Shown: positions 10,174-19,828, counted from the first letter of the stretch. The stretch is 24,000 bases of DNA from Leptolyngbya sp. CCNP1308 (GCF_034932455.1 NZ_JAYGIH010000002.1:46624-70623), one strand, 5' to 3'. Numbers and translations are program-made. Notes: generated from the sequence alone by a model not told the origin.

Positions 10174-10911
10174 TTAGACCTCCTTATTCTCGGGAGTAAG
10201 CTCGGCAACGGTATCAGACATGGGCATCCCCATCGCTTCCATCAGCTCTTTGGGGGGCACTGTGTGAGTGCCGGTTTGCAAGTACTGACCCGTCAAGATT
10301 GGGGGCACTGATTTGAGCTGGTGGCTGCGTTCGTAGAAACGGTGGGTTTGCAGGGTATATGCCCTATCCTGCATAGACTCTGTGGCTACCTTTTTCCTAA
10401 GCTTGATAATGGCGTCAATAATAGCCTCGGGCCTTGGAGGACAACCCGGAATGTAGACATCCACAGGAATTAGCTTATCAACCCCTCGTACCGCTGAAGG
10501 AGAATCGCTGCTGAACATGCCACCGGTAATAGTACAAGCTCCCATGGCGATGACGTATTTCGGATCAGGCATTTGCTCATAGAGCCTAACCAAAGCAGGG
10601 GCCATTTTCATGGTTACGGTGCCAGCGGTAATGATCAAATCGGCCTGGCGAGGACTGGCTCTTGGCAGTAACCCAAAGCGGTCGAAGTCAAAACGGGAGC
10701 CGATTAGCGCTGCAAACTCAATGAAGCAGCAGGCCGTGCCATAGAGTAAGGGAAACAGGCTGGACAACCGGCACCAGTTGTACAGATCGTCGACTGTGGT
10801 CAAAATGACGTTCTCAGACAGCCCATGGGTAATTGTGGGAGGTGCTGAAGGGTTGGCGAGCCTTTCCCCAGGGGCCAGGGAAAGCTTATCAGCAGCTGAG
10901 GGGGGATTCAT
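10174..10911 (-). CDS. ndhK: NAD(P)H-quinone oxidoreductase subunit K (NuoB family, 4Fe-4S N2 site)
   Basis: '[13 protein letters not shown]', '[11 protein letters not shown]', '[19 protein letters not shown]'. Start assigned to ATG 10911 (MNPPSAADK), overlapping the ndhC stop (ATGA); ATG 10917 is an alternative. The ORF upstream of this start is spurious. Confidence 0.96.
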   Translation of the reverse strand: MNPPSAADKLSLAPGERLANPSAPPTITHGLSENVILTTVDDLYNWCRLSSLFPLLYGTACCFIEFAALIGSRFDFDRFGLLPRASPRQADLIITAGTVTMKMAPALVRLYEQMPDPKYVIAMGACTITGGMFSSDSPSAVRGVDKLIPVDVYIPGCPPRPEAIIDAIIKLRKKVATESMQDRAYTLQTHRFYERSHQLKSVPPILTGQYLQTGTHTVPPKELMEAMGMPMSDTVAELTPENKEV

Positions 10912-11270
10912 GACCATTCCAAGGCTCCTTTGCGCCATGCGTACACAAGACCGATGACTAAGATGGCGATAAAAATTAGTGCTTCCACAAAGGCTAATAG
11001 GCCCAACTGGTTGAACGCTACCGCCCACGGATACAAAAACACAGTTTCCACATCGAAGATGACAAAGACCAGCGCAAACATATAGTAACGAATGTTGAAC
11101 TGAATCCATGCGCCACCAATGGGCTCCATGCCCGATTCGTAGGTGGTTCTGCGGGCAGGCCCTCGGCTGATGGGTCGCAGCAGCTTGGAGGCAGTCAAGG
11201 CCGCTACTGGCACCAGGCAAGATATGAGTAAGAAGACTAGGAAATATTCGTAACCGGATAAGACGAACAC
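10908..11270 (-). CDS. ndhC: NAD(P)H-quinone oxidoreductase subunit 3 (NuoA family)
   Basis: 120 aa, '[41 protein letters not shown]'. Confidence 0.97.
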   Translation of the reverse strand: MFVLSGYEYFLVFLLISCLVPVAALTASKLLRPISRGPARRTTYESGMEPIGGAWIQFNIRYYMFALVFVIFDVETVFLYPWAVAFNQLGLLAFVEALIFIAILVIGLVYAWRKGALEWS

Positions 11271-11583
11271 AGGTTCACCACCCTAGAAGGCTAGTACACA
11301 CAGCACAGTTGGAGGCTCAGCGGCCCATGCGCTTCAGGTGTATTCTAAGGCAATTTAGCTGAAAAACCAGGGGCAGAGTTGATTTAGCGAAGGGCGATGG
11401 CAGCGGTGCTGTGCGATCGCCAAACCCAATCTGAGGGGTCGCTCGAAAGCTGGATACCCCAACTGTGTCATAATTGTTTACAACGAGCATTTTTACCCTG
11501 CGTAGGCTGGTGAGGTGTTCGCGGCTATCTGGGACTGCCGATTGCCCCAGCTAACTCCTGCTGAACTAAGGTGCCTTGATCCT

Positions 11584-12021
11584 ATGAGTGTTGAGCCTGA
11601 GCCTTCGGCTAATTCATCTGAATCTGCAGATTTAGCGACCACGCCTGAGGGACCTGAGGGAGCTGAGGTTTTTGAGGGCAGCCCGTCTGAGGTAGTGGTT
11701 CTCTCCCCTGAGGAGATGGATTGCTATGAGTGCCGTTCCTGCGGCTACTCCTATGAGCCGGTCAAGGGAGACAGCCGAGCAAAAGTGCCTCAGGGTACTG
11801 CTTTTGAAGATTTACCCCTGAACTGGCGCTGTCCAGTGTGCAGCGCGCCTAAAAAGAGGTTTGCCAATATTGGGCCGATTAATGCTCCCTCTGGTTTTAA
11901 GGAAAACTTGAACTACGGCCTGGGCGTAAATCGGTTGACCCCCAGTCAGAAGAATATTTTAATTTTTGGTGCCTTGGCTGTAGGGTTCATGTTTTTCATT
12001 AGCCTTTATGGCTTGAGGTAG
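11584..12021 (+). CDS. rubA: Membrane-anchored rubredoxin (PSII assembly)
   Basis: YECRSCGYSYEPVKGD...LPLNWRCPVCSAPKKRF plus a C-terminal TM segment 'ILIFGALAVGFMFFISLYGL'; upstream of ycf48-psbEFLJ. ATG 11584 preferred over GTG 11515. Confidence 0.93.
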   Translation: MSVEPEPSANSSESADLATTPEGPEGAEVFEGSPSEVVVLSPEEMDCYECRSCGYSYEPVKGDSRAKVPQGTAFEDLPLNWRCPVCSAPKKRFANIGPINAPSGFKENLNYGLGVNRLTPSQKNILIFGALAVGFMFFISLYGLR

Positions 12022-12115
12022 CTAGGGGCGCTGCTTAGTCGTGCCTCAACGCACAGGGCTTGCTCTGGTGAAATTGGCTTAAGTGTTGTTTAGGAAGTAC
12101 AGGTTTTAATTATCT

Positions 12116-13120
12116 ATGCACGCTGCGTTTGACTGGTTAAAGCGAGGCCTGGTGATACTGGTGGCGGTGGTTCTAACAACCGGCTGCTCTGGCTATTTTT
12201 TGGCGGACGCAGACGTGCACCCTTGGGAAGTGATCCAGGTGCCGGTGGAGTCTACGCTATCTGACATTGCGTTTACGCAAGATGCTGACCACGGATGGAT
12301 CGTAGGTAGCCGCAACACCCTGCTAGAAACCCAGGACGGCGGCAGCACCTGGCAAGTGCGCGAGCTGGCCCTAGAAGACCAGGCCTATACATTTACCTCC
12401 ATTGATTTTTCAGGCAATGAGGGATGGGTCGCTGGGCTACCGTCGGTACTCTTGCACACCAGCGACGGTGGCAAGACCTGGGAAAGCGTTCCCTTGAGCA
12501 AAGAGTTGCCGGGTTCCCCCTTTCTGGTGACGGCTGTGGGCAATAAGTCGGCAGAGATGGCTACTGATATTGGTGCGATCTACCGCACTGAGGACGGAGG
12601 CCGCACCTGGAAAGCCTTAGTGCAGGGTGCTGTCGGGGTGGTGCGCAATATGGTGCGTTCTGACGATGGCCGGTATGTAGCGGTGTCGTCTCGAGGAAAT
12701 TTTTATTCAACTTGGGCACCTGGCCAGGAGCAGTGGATTCCCCACAATCGCCAGAACTCAAGGCGTCTGCAGAATATGGGATTTGACGATGACGGCAAGC
12801 TCTGGGTGATTGCCCGCGGTGGCCAGGTGAGGTTTTCTAACTCTCGCTCCTCAGATGACTTTACCGAAGCTCTCAGCCCTGAATTTGGTACGAGCTGGGG
12901 ACTGCTGGACATGGCTTTTCGCACCGCCAATGAGATATGGATAACTGGCGGTGGCGGAAATCTGCTCTGTAGCTTTGACGGTGGCGAGACTTGGTTGAAG
13001 GATAAATCTGTTGGGGATGTGCCCTCTAACTTCTACAGAGTGAAGTTTTTGGGGCCAGAGAAGGGCTTTATCCTAGGTCAGGAGGGCACCATCCTGAAAT
13101 ATCAGCCCCAGGCTGTCTGA
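12116..13120 (+). CDS. ycf48: Photosystem II assembly factor Ycf48/HCF136, predicted lipoprotein
   Basis: 334 aa; lipobox-like 'LTTGC'; repeated BNR/Asp-box-like 'TQDGGSTW', 'TSDGGKTW', 'TEDGGRTW', 'SFDGGETW'; gene context. Confidence 0.95.
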   Translation: MHAAFDWLKRGLVILVAVVLTTGCSGYFLADADVHPWEVIQVPVESTLSDIAFTQDADHGWIVGSRNTLLETQDGGSTWQVRELALEDQAYTFTSIDFSGNEGWVAGLPSVLLHTSDGGKTWESVPLSKELPGSPFLVTAVGNKSAEMATDIGAIYRTEDGGRTWKALVQGAVGVVRNMVRSDDGRYVAVSSRGNFYSTWAPGQEQWIPHNRQNSRRLQNMGFDDDGKLWVIARGGQVRFSNSRSSDDFTEALSPEFGTSWGLLDMAFRTANEIWITGGGGNLLCSFDGGETWLKDKSVGDVPSNFYRVKFLGPEKGFILGQEGTILKYQPQAV

Positions 13121-13150
13121 GGAAAGTTGGGAGAACTTCGCTGAAATAGC

Positions 13151-13179
13151 TTGTTAGGGTTTCCGGGGTTCTCTATGAT
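13151..13179 (+). promoter_or_regulatory. Candidate sigma-70-type promoter for psbEFLJ
   Basis: TTGTTA (13151-13156), 17-bp spacer, TATGAT (13174-13179), 38 bp upstream of the psbE ATG. Confidence 0.5.
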
Positions 13180-13217
13180 TAGATTAGATTCTTCGTGTTC
13201 AGAGAGGAGACGTTGAT

Positions 13218-13466
13218 ATGGCAGGTTCTACAGGTGAGCGCCCCTTCGGCGACATTGTGACGAGTGTTCGCTATTGGATTATCCATAGCATTACCATTCC
13301 TATGCTGTTTATTGCGGGCTGGCTCTTCGTGAGCACGGGCTTGGCCTATGATGCCTTTGGCACGCCGCGCCCTAACTCCTACTATCCCGACAATCAAATG
13401 CAGCTGCCGATTGTGAGCGATCGCTTCGAAGCGAAAGATCAGATCGACATGTTCTCAAATCGATAA
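13218..13466 (+). CDS. psbE: Cytochrome b559 subunit alpha
   Basis: 82 aa [56 protein letters not shown]... Confidence 0.99.
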   Translation: MAGSTGERPFGDIVTSVRYWIIHSITIPMLFIAGWLFVSTGLAYDAFGTPRPNSYYPDNQMQLPIVSDRFEAKDQIDMFSNR

Positions 13467-13497
13467 CGCTTTAGTATTCCAACGTTTGATTGAACCT

Positions 13498-13632
13498 ATG
13501 CAAAGCAATTCTCCGAACGAGCAAATTACCTACCCCATCTTCACGGTGCGCTGGTTGGCCGTGCACACCCTAGGGGTACCCAGCGTATTTTTCCTGGGGG
13601 CGATCGCGGCAATGCAGTTTATTCAACGATAA
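13498..13632 (+). CDS. psbF: Cytochrome b559 subunit beta
   Basis: Read directly: [44 protein letters not shown] (44 aa); too short for the ORF track. Confidence 0.98.
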   Translation: MQSNSPNEQITYPIFTVRWLAVHTLGVPSVFFLGAIAAMQFIQR

Positions 13633-13641
13633 GAGAAAACC

Positions 13642-13761
13642 ATGGATCGTAGTCCAAACCCGAATAAGCAACCGGTAGAGCTGAACCGCACGTCCCTATA
13701 CCTGGGCCTGCTTCTGGTCTTCGTGCTGGGTCTGCTGTTCTCTAGCTACTTCTTTAACTAA
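13642..13761 (+). CDS. psbL: Photosystem II reaction centre protein L
   Basis: Read directly: [39 protein letters not shown] (39 aa). Confidence 0.98.
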   Translation: MDRSPNPNKQPVELNRTSLYLGLLLVFVLGLLFSSYFFN

Positions 13762-13843
13762 GGTCACAGAGCTGCCTTGGTTGGCAGGTTGTGGTGTCCA
13801 GGCTGTGTTGAGTTTCTGACCAGATTAGTAGGAGGTGAATATT

Positions 13844-13963
13844 ATGCTTCAGAGTGGACGAATTCCGTTGTGGATTGTGGCAACCGTCGCTGGCACAGGT
13901 GTGCTGGTGGTAGTGGGTTTGTTTTTCTACGGAGCCTATGCTGGCGTTGGGTCTGCTATGTAG
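13844..13963 (+). CDS. psbJ: Photosystem II reaction centre protein J
   Basis: Read directly: [39 protein letters not shown] (39 aa), preceded by an AGGAGG-type ribosome-binding site. Confidence 0.98.
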   Translation: MLQSGRIPLWIVATVAGTGVLVVVGLFFYGAYAGVGSAM

Positions 13964-13989
13964 CGGCTCTAGGCAATTCTAAATTAGAG

Positions 13990-14030
13990 GCTGGGGAAAA
14001 GTGGGCTATGGCCGCTTTTCCCCAGCTTTT
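13990..14030 (+). terminator. Rho-independent terminator of the psbEFLJ operon
   Basis: GCTGGGGAAAAG ... CTTTTCCCCAGC followed by tttttag; 12-bp perfect outer stem. Confidence 0.85.
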
Positions 14031-14050
14031 TAGTGGGTTTAGGGAGTCAG

Positions 14051-14734
14051 CTATAGGTGATCGATGGCGCTGACGTAGCGCTGCACTAAGCTGTCAATGC
14101 CAGTAATGGCGGTGCCCACGACGACAGCGTGGGCACCCAGATCAAGGGCTTGCCGGGCTTGCTCTGGGGAGGCGATGCCGCCTTCACAGATGATCGGCAC
14201 GGAGCATTGCTGCACCATGGCTTGGAGCAGGTCGAACCCCGGTGGAGCTTCGGTCTTCGTTGCTGCGGTATAGCCAAAGAGCGTGGTGCCGACGCAGTCA
14301 GCTCCGGCATCGATCGCTTTTAGCGCGTTGTCGAGGGTATCGACATCGGCCATGACGAGGCGATTGAGGCGCTGGTGAATGTGCTGAATGATTTGCCTTA
14401 GGGTCTCACCGCTGGGGCGAGGGCGTTGAGTAGCATCGACGGCAATGATGTCGCTGCCGGCCTGGGCCACTGCTTCGGCGTGATGAAACTGAGGGGTGAT
14501 GTACACCTCTGAGGGCGGCATTACTTGCTTCCAGAGACCGATGATGGGGTGACGGCAGCGGCCTCGCACGGCTTGGATGTGGTCAGGGGTATCGATGCGT
14601 ACCCCGACGGCTCCACGGTTGAGGGCGGCCTCGGCCATGGCTGCGATCGCCGCCGCATTGTGTAGGGGCGAGTCAGCAGGGGCCTGGCACGATACGATTA
14701 ACCCGCCCCGCAGTGATTCCAGAATGCTCTTCAA
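14051..14734 (-). CDS. nanE: Putative N-acetylmannosamine-6-phosphate 2-epimerase
   Basis: 227 aa TIM-barrel: 'LRGGLIVSCQAPADSPLHN', 'VGVRIDTPDHIQAVR', 'DIIAVDATQRPRP', 'VMADVDTLDNALKAIDAGADCVGTTLFGYT', 'PIICEGGIASPEQARQALDLGAHAVVVGTAIT'. Confidence 0.92.
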   Translation of the reverse strand: MKSILESLRGGLIVSCQAPADSPLHNAAAIAAMAEAALNRGAVGVRIDTPDHIQAVRGRCRHPIIGLWKQVMPPSEVYITPQFHHAEAVAQAGSDIIAVDATQRPRPSGETLRQIIQHIHQRLNRLVMADVDTLDNALKAIDAGADCVGTTLFGYTAATKTEAPPGFDLLQAMVQQCSVPIICEGGIASPEQARQALDLGAHAVVVGTAITGIDSLVQRYVSAIDHL

Positions 14735-14774
14735 GGTAGGACGTACTCCACAACAGCGCTATCTAGTTTGATCT

Positions 14775-15272
14775 ATGGCAACTCGGATTTCAAAGACCCT
14801 ACTGGTGGCCTCTATTGGGCTACTGGCCTTGGTGATTGTGATCAACAACCTCACCGACTACAACGCCAATTTTAGGTACATTCAGCATGTGCTGAGCATG
14901 GATACTGTGCTTGCAGATAGCCAGTTGACCTGGCGAGCTGTGTCCTCATCAGGCCTACAGAAAGCGGCCTATGGGGCGATTATCGGGGTGGAGACGGCGA
15001 TCGCCGCCCTTTGCCTAGGCGGAGCCCTGCGCCTTCTGAGCGTTGTGAATAGCGATCGCGTCACCTTTAATCGGGCCAAGGCTACGGCCATCTATGGGCT
15101 CACCCTGGCGTTTCTGTTTTGGTTTGTGGGCTTTATGGTGGTGGCCGGGGAGTGGTTCACCATGTGGCAGTCGTTAGAGTGGAATGGGCAGCAGCCCGCC
15201 TTTCGATTTATTGGCTGCGTGGGCTTTGTGCTGCTCTACCTCAGCCTGGCTGACGGCGACTTGCCGGATTAG
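14775..15272 (+). CDS. DUF2165-like small integral membrane protein
   Basis: 165 aa with four hydrophobic segments; 'NNLTDYNANFRYIQHVLSMDT' and 'GEWFTMWQSLEWNGQQPAFRF' are characteristic of the family. Confidence 0.8.
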   Translation: MATRISKTLLVASIGLLALVIVINNLTDYNANFRYIQHVLSMDTVLADSQLTWRAVSSSGLQKAAYGAIIGVETAIAALCLGGALRLLSVVNSDRVTFNRAKATAIYGLTLAFLFWFVGFMVVAGEWFTMWQSLEWNGQQPAFRFIGCVGFVLLYLSLADGDLPD

Positions 15273-15332
15273 GTTGGGCTAAAGTGAGGTGATGCCGTCC
15301 ATAACAGCTTTTGAGTTGGGTGAAACCCCTAT

Positions 15333-15932
15333 CTACACCTTGGCCAGCGTTACCTGTTCTGCCTGATCTTGGTATTTGCCGCGACGGGTTTCGTAGCTGA
15401 CCTGGCAGGGCTCGCCCTCAAAGAAAATCAGCTGCACCACCCCCTCGCTTGCATAGATGCGACAGTCTGCACTAGAGGAGTTAGAAAACTCTAGGGTTAG
15501 ATGACCACGCCACCCTGCCTCAGCTGGGGTTAGGTTGGCGATAATGCCACAGCGGGCGTAGGTCGATTTGCCAATACAGATAACGCTGATGTTGTTGGGG
15601 ACGGAAATTTTTTCTAGGGCTACCCCCAACCCGTAGGAATGAGCCGGCAAAATGAAGTAGCTGCCGCTCTCATCGGTTTTAAGCGCCGTGGGTTCTAGGT
15701 TGGCGGGGCTGAAATTTTTAGGGTCAACCACCGTGCCAGGAATATGGCGAAAAATTCTAAACTCCGCAGGAGATAGCCGAATGTCATAGCCATAGGACGA
15801 CAGCCCGTAGCTGATCACCGGTTGCCCTAGAGAAGTGTCAGCGTTCTCCAACTGCCTCACCAGGGAGGGCTGAAACGGCTGAATCATGCCCTCCTTAGCC
15901 ATTTTGTCGATCCAGGCGTCGTTCTTAATCAT
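15333..15932 (-). CDS. dcd: dCTP deaminase
   Basis: 'YGLSSYGYDIRLSP', 'FILPAHSYGLGVALEKISVPNNISVICIGKSTYARCGIIANLTPAEAGWRGHLTLEFSNSS'. Confidence 0.95.
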   Translation of the reverse strand: MIKNDAWIDKMAKEGMIQPFQPSLVRQLENADTSLGQPVISYGLSSYGYDIRLSPAEFRIFRHIPGTVVDPKNFSPANLEPTALKTDESGSYFILPAHSYGLGVALEKISVPNNISVICIGKSTYARCGIIANLTPAEAGWRGHLTLEFSNSSSADCRIYASEGVVQLIFFEGEPCQVSYETRRGKYQDQAEQVTLAKV

Positions 15933-15951
15933 GGCAAAGCTTCCTGGGTGG

Positions 15952-16506
15952 CTAGGGCAAAAAATTACGGCGAAACTCAGTCACCTGGTCGGCCACCGTA
16001 AGTAGCGGATCGGGCATGTCGGGGCCAGTGAGGATGACATCGACCTGGGGAGGTCGCTGTTTGAGAAAGTCTACAACGTCTTGGGTAGGAATCAGGCCAT
16101 AGTTGATGGCTAGGCTAAGCTCATCGAGCACGATCAGGCCGTAGCGACCTCGGGCTACCACCGCTTTGGTGTGAGACCAAAGGGCTTGAATCGCCTGGTG
16201 CTCGCTGGGGCTGACATCGGAGTCATGGATGCAGCGTGGCATATCGGCACGGATCCAGTCTAGGTTTTGGCCAAACTGCATGGGTTGATCTGGCCCCTGG
16301 TGAATGCCGCCCTTGAGAAATTGCACAATCAGCACGGCCTTGCCCTGGTCGGCGATGCGCAGAGCCTGCACCATGACATTGGTAAAAAAGTTGCGGTGGA
16401 GGGCGGTAAAGACTTGTACGGTGCCTTCTACCGTTTGTAAGAGCGGATGGCGAACGATCGAGGTGGGAGACGGCGCTAGGGAAAGGGGTTTGATCTGAGA
16501 GACCAT
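15952..16506 (-). CDS. CobO/BtuR-like (cob(I)alamin adenosyltransferase superfamily) protein with degenerate Walker A
   Basis: 184 aa; retains 'VLIVQFLKGG' and 'YGLIVLDELSLAINYGLI' but has 'VFTALHRNFFTNVMVQALR' where the GNGKGKTTAA P-loop would be. Confidence 0.75.
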   Translation of the reverse strand: MVSQIKPLSLAPSPTSIVRHPLLQTVEGTVQVFTALHRNFFTNVMVQALRIADQGKAVLIVQFLKGGIHQGPDQPMQFGQNLDWIRADMPRCIHDSDVSPSEHQAIQALWSHTKAVVARGRYGLIVLDELSLAINYGLIPTQDVVDFLKQRPPQVDVILTGPDMPDPLLTVADQVTEFRRNFLP

Positions 16507-16808
16507 GGGCTAGTCCAGCGGGGGCAAAGAATGGCAGGTGCCCATCGACTACGCCAAAGATTGTAGCAGCGTTGCGCTACGTTGCTGAGTTGGGTAGCTC
16601 GGATGGCTGGGCTAAATATAGCGTGATTCCTCCTAGGTGAATCGACAAATTACTCTATATGCATTGGTCAAGTGCATATGTACTGAAGCTTGCTCCTGGT
16701 GGCCCGGCTTCATCGGCCATGCCCTAATACCTGATCCTGAGGGAGATCGAAAGCCAACCTGTCTTGGGGAGTCTGCTGTATTCTAGGGAGGGCATTAGGG
16801 GCACTTGT

Positions 16809-17525
16809 ATGGCTTGGCAACGTCCAGACGGTCGCGACCCTCACCAGCTGCGGCCAGTGAGTTTTGAGCGTCAATTTACGAAATTTTCAGCAGGCTCCGT
16901 TCTGACCCGCTGCGGCAATACCCAGGTGCTCTGCACAGTATCGGTGGAAGAAGGGGTGCCCCGGTTTTTACAGGGGTCGGGTCGGGGCTGGCTGACGGCT
17001 GAGTACCGCATGTTGCCAGGGGCCACGCCCCAGCGGCAGGCCCGCGAGCTAATGAAACTATCGGGCCGCACCCAGGAAATTCAGCGTCTGATTGGGCGCA
17101 GCCTGCGATCGACCCTCGACTTTGAGCTGCTGGGGGAACGCACGCTGCTGGTAGATGCCGATGTGCTCCAGGCCGATGCGGGCACCCGCACCGCATCAAT
17201 TACGGGGGGATATGTAGCCCTGGCCGATGCGGTGCAGGGCTTGGTGGCGAAGGGATTGCTGGCGCGATCGCCCCTAATCCACGGCGTTGCGGCTGTCTCC
17301 GTGGGCCTGATCGAAGATGAGGTCTTGCTCGATTTGCAGTACGACGAAGACGTGGCGGCAGCCGTAGACTTCAACCTAGTGCTCAACGAAGACCTCAACA
17401 TCATTGAAGTTCAGGGTACGGCCGAAGAGGGCAGCTTTAGCCGTCAGCAGATGAACCAGATTCTAGAGGTGGGTGAGCTGGGTATTAAGCAGCTCTTGGC
17501 GGCTCAGCAGGCGGCGTTACTGTAG
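16809..17525 (+). CDS. rph: Ribonuclease PH
   Basis: '[53 protein letters not shown]...[15 protein letters not shown]', '[12 protein letters not shown]'. ATG at 16809; track start 16764 is upstream. Confidence 0.95.
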   Translation: MAWQRPDGRDPHQLRPVSFERQFTKFSAGSVLTRCGNTQVLCTVSVEEGVPRFLQGSGRGWLTAEYRMLPGATPQRQARELMKLSGRTQEIQRLIGRSLRSTLDFELLGERTLLVDADVLQADAGTRTASITGGYVALADAVQGLVAKGLLARSPLIHGVAAVSVGLIEDEVLLDLQYDEDVAAAVDFNLVLNEDLNIIEVQGTAEEGSFSRQQMNQILEVGELGIKQLLAAQQAALL

Positions 17526-17732
17526 GCATTGCGCTTTGTTGTGGCTCAATCTCCTAGATTTTGGCTGGGAGGCGCGATCGCCGCAGACACCTCTTCGCTG
17601 GATTCATAGAGAGTAAAACTAGCTCCTATCGTTAAGAAACGCATCAAGACTATCGGCCGAATTTTGCCCTTGGGCAGTCTGAAGTTAGGCCACAGTCTGG
17701 AATCGTAGTTTTCTCTCGAAGGAAGGTTTGCC

Positions 17733-18500
17733 ATGACATCTATAGATGAGCTTTTAATCAAAGAAATCACGGTAAGTCGGCAGTCTCCGGGAGAAGAGCG
17801 CCAGGCAGCCCTACACCGCATCTATGCTCAGGTACTCGAACGACAGCCCTACGGGTTTGAGCGCAAACAGCTCGCCAAAATTGAGGCGGAGTTCCTGCGA
17901 AATAAAATTGGTGTCAAGCGGTTTTTGCGAGAGCTGGGCCATTCTGAGGTCTATCTCAATGAGTTTTACTACAATTCCTCAAACCCAAAATTTATTGAGC
18001 TGTGCTTCAAGCACTTCATTGGCCGCGCCCCCAGCGATCAGGCAGAAATGCATCGCTACTGCGACATTTTGATGCGTCAGGGCGTTAAAGTCATGATTAC
18101 TGCCCTGCTCGACTCTGAAGATTACAGCAAGCACTTTGGTTGCTTCACCGTGCCCCACGCCTGGTCTGGGCATAGCTACCCATCTCCTAGAACATTTTGG
18201 GAAACCGAGGTGTTGCTCCAGGAGCTGCACGGGCGGCGCGGCTGGATCGTACCTACCATGACCTGGCACGACCTTCAGCTCAACTGCGACGGCGGCAGCT
18301 GTGGTTTACCTGGGGCATCAATGCACTCGGGTCAGCCTTCGCAGACAACGGCGGGGGCTCCAAGGGCGATATCCGGCGCAGAGGCGCTACATCAGGTACT
18401 GAGCACAATGGGGCCTCAGGATTTAGAAGTGTTCGCCGCGACCCTCTCGGCTACGGAACGCGATAAGCTGCGCCACTTGCTAATGCAGCCCGCCCGATAG
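17733..18500 (+). CDS. Stand-alone phycobilisome linker-domain protein (PBS_linker_poly, rod-core linker-like)
   Basis: 255 aa; 'YAQVLERQPYGFERKQLAKIEAEFLRNKIGVKRFLRELGHSEVYLNEFYY...FIELCFKHFIGRAPSDQAEMHRY...LLDSEDYSKHFGCFTVPHA'. Confidence 0.82.
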   Translation: MTSIDELLIKEITVSRQSPGEERQAALHRIYAQVLERQPYGFERKQLAKIEAEFLRNKIGVKRFLRELGHSEVYLNEFYYNSSNPKFIELCFKHFIGRAPSDQAEMHRYCDILMRQGVKVMITALLDSEDYSKHFGCFTVPHAWSGHSYPSPRTFWETEVLLQELHGRRGWIVPTMTWHDLQLNCDGGSCGLPGASMHSGQPSQTTAGAPRAISGAEALHQVLSTMGPQDLEVFAATLSATERDKLRHLLMQPAR

Positions 18501-18595
18501 GTAGCTGCGTCAGTTGGATTGTTCAGCACACTTTTCCCTGGTAGCGAGTTCTACGGGGTGTAACTAACCTGGGGTTCGGATTCGTCCTGGGCTGT

Positions 18596-19828
18596 TTAGG
18601 GCGTGAGGCGGGCAAATTTTTTCTTGCCCACCTGCACCACTTTACCTATGAGGTCATCGGGGCTGACAAACTCCTGGTTGGGGTCGGTCACCTTCTCGCC
18701 GTCGAGCTTTACCGCGCCCCCCTGAATTTGGCGGCGGGCCTCGCTGCTGCTGGCACACAGTGGTGTAGACCCCACCAGATAAAACAGCTTGGCCGGGAAA
18801 TTGATTTGGGCTAGGGAAAATTCGGGCACCCCGGCAGCCGGTTCGCCAGTGCCTTGAACCAGGCTGATGGCGGCCTGCTGGGCCTGCTGAGCCGCCGCTT
18901 CGCCGTGGAACTGGCGGGTGATCTCTAGGGCCAGCAGCTTTTGGCGATCGCGTGGATTCTCAGGCAGGGTATTGAGTTGGACGGCCGTAAGCAGCTCAAA
19001 GTAGTCTTGAATTAGGGCATCGGGCACCTTTTCGAGCTTGGAATACATGCTCAGAGGATCTTCCTGGAGTCCGACATAGTTGCCCAGGGATTTCGACATT
19101 TTTTGACTGCCGTCGGTGCCCAACAGCAGCGGCACCAGCAGACCAAACTGGGGCAGCAGGCCAAAGTGCCGCTGCAAATCGCGACCAACGGCAATGTTGA
19201 ATTTTTGGTCGGTGCCGCCCAGCTCCACATCGGACTGCACCGCTACCGAGTCGTAGCCCTGCATCAGCGGGTAAAGAAACTCGTGGAGAAATACCGGATC
19301 GCCCTTGCCATAGCGCTCGGAGAACCCTTCCTTGGCCAGCATCTGCCCTACGGTCATGGTGCTGAGCAGCTCAAGAATTTTGCCCAGGTCGAGGGAAGAC
19401 AGCCACTCGGAGTTGTAGCGCACCTCCAGCCGTCCGGGGGTATCAAAATCGAGAATGGGGCGCACCTGCTCTAGGTAGGTCTCGGCGTTGGTTTTTACAT
19501 CGGCTTCTGTAAGCTGGCGGCGCACCTCCGACTTGCCAGTGGGGTCGCCGATGCGGGCGGTGAAGTCGCCAATAATCAGCACGGCGGTGTGGCCAGCATC
19601 TTGAAAAGCGCGCAGCTTGCGCACCGGAATGCTGTGACCCAGGTGAATTTCGGCCCCGGTGGGGTCGATGCCCAGCTTGATCCGCAGGGGGCGATCGCAT
19701 TTCAGCAGCCGCTGCGTCAGGTTTTGCTCGGGGTCGCTAGAGTCAGGCTGGTGGGGAAAAACCTCGCTGATACCCCGATAAATGCTCTCAAATTCAAGGG
19801 GGAAGGAGCTGGGGTTAGCCTGGGTCAT
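18596..19828 (-). CDS. tyrS: Tyrosyl-tRNA synthetase
   Basis: '[48 protein letters not shown]', '[14 protein letters not shown]', C-terminal S4-like domain. ATG 19828 (MTQANPSS) preferred over track start 19942. Confidence 0.95.
   Translation of the reverse strand: MTQANPSSFPLEFESIYRGISEVFPHQPDSSDPEQNLTQRLLKCDRPLRIKLGIDPTGAEIHLGHSIPVRKLRAFQDAGHTAVLIIGDFTARIGDPTGKSEVRRQLTEADVKTNAETYLEQVRPILDFDTPGRLEVRYNSEWLSSLDLGKILELLSTMTVGQMLAKEGFSERYGKGDPVFLHEFLYPLMQGYDSVAVQSDVELGGTDQKFNIAVGRDLQRHFGLLPQFGLLVPLLLGTDGSQKMSKSLGNYVGLQEDPLSMYSKLEKVPDALIQDYFELLTAVQLNTLPENPRDRQKLLALEITRQFHGEAAAQQAQQAAISLVQGTGEPAAGVPEFSLAQINFPAKLFYLVGSTPLCASSSEARRQIQGGAVKLDGEKVTDPNQEFVSPDDLIGKVVQVGKKKFARLTP

Noticed and set aside
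10912-11220. N-terminal ~100 aa of the tracked 10174..11220 ORF
   Set aside because: Overlaps ndhC out of frame; real NdhK begins at the ATG at 10911 (or 10917) in an ATGA overlap typical of ndhC-ndhK.
16871-17404. Minus-strand ORFs of 66, 107 and 107 aa
   Set aside because: Antisense shadow ORFs of rph in GC-rich DNA.
17546-18269. Minus-strand ORFs of 91, 82 and 96 aa around the linker gene
   Set aside because: Largely or wholly antisense to the well-supported phycobilisome linker CDS; no domain features.
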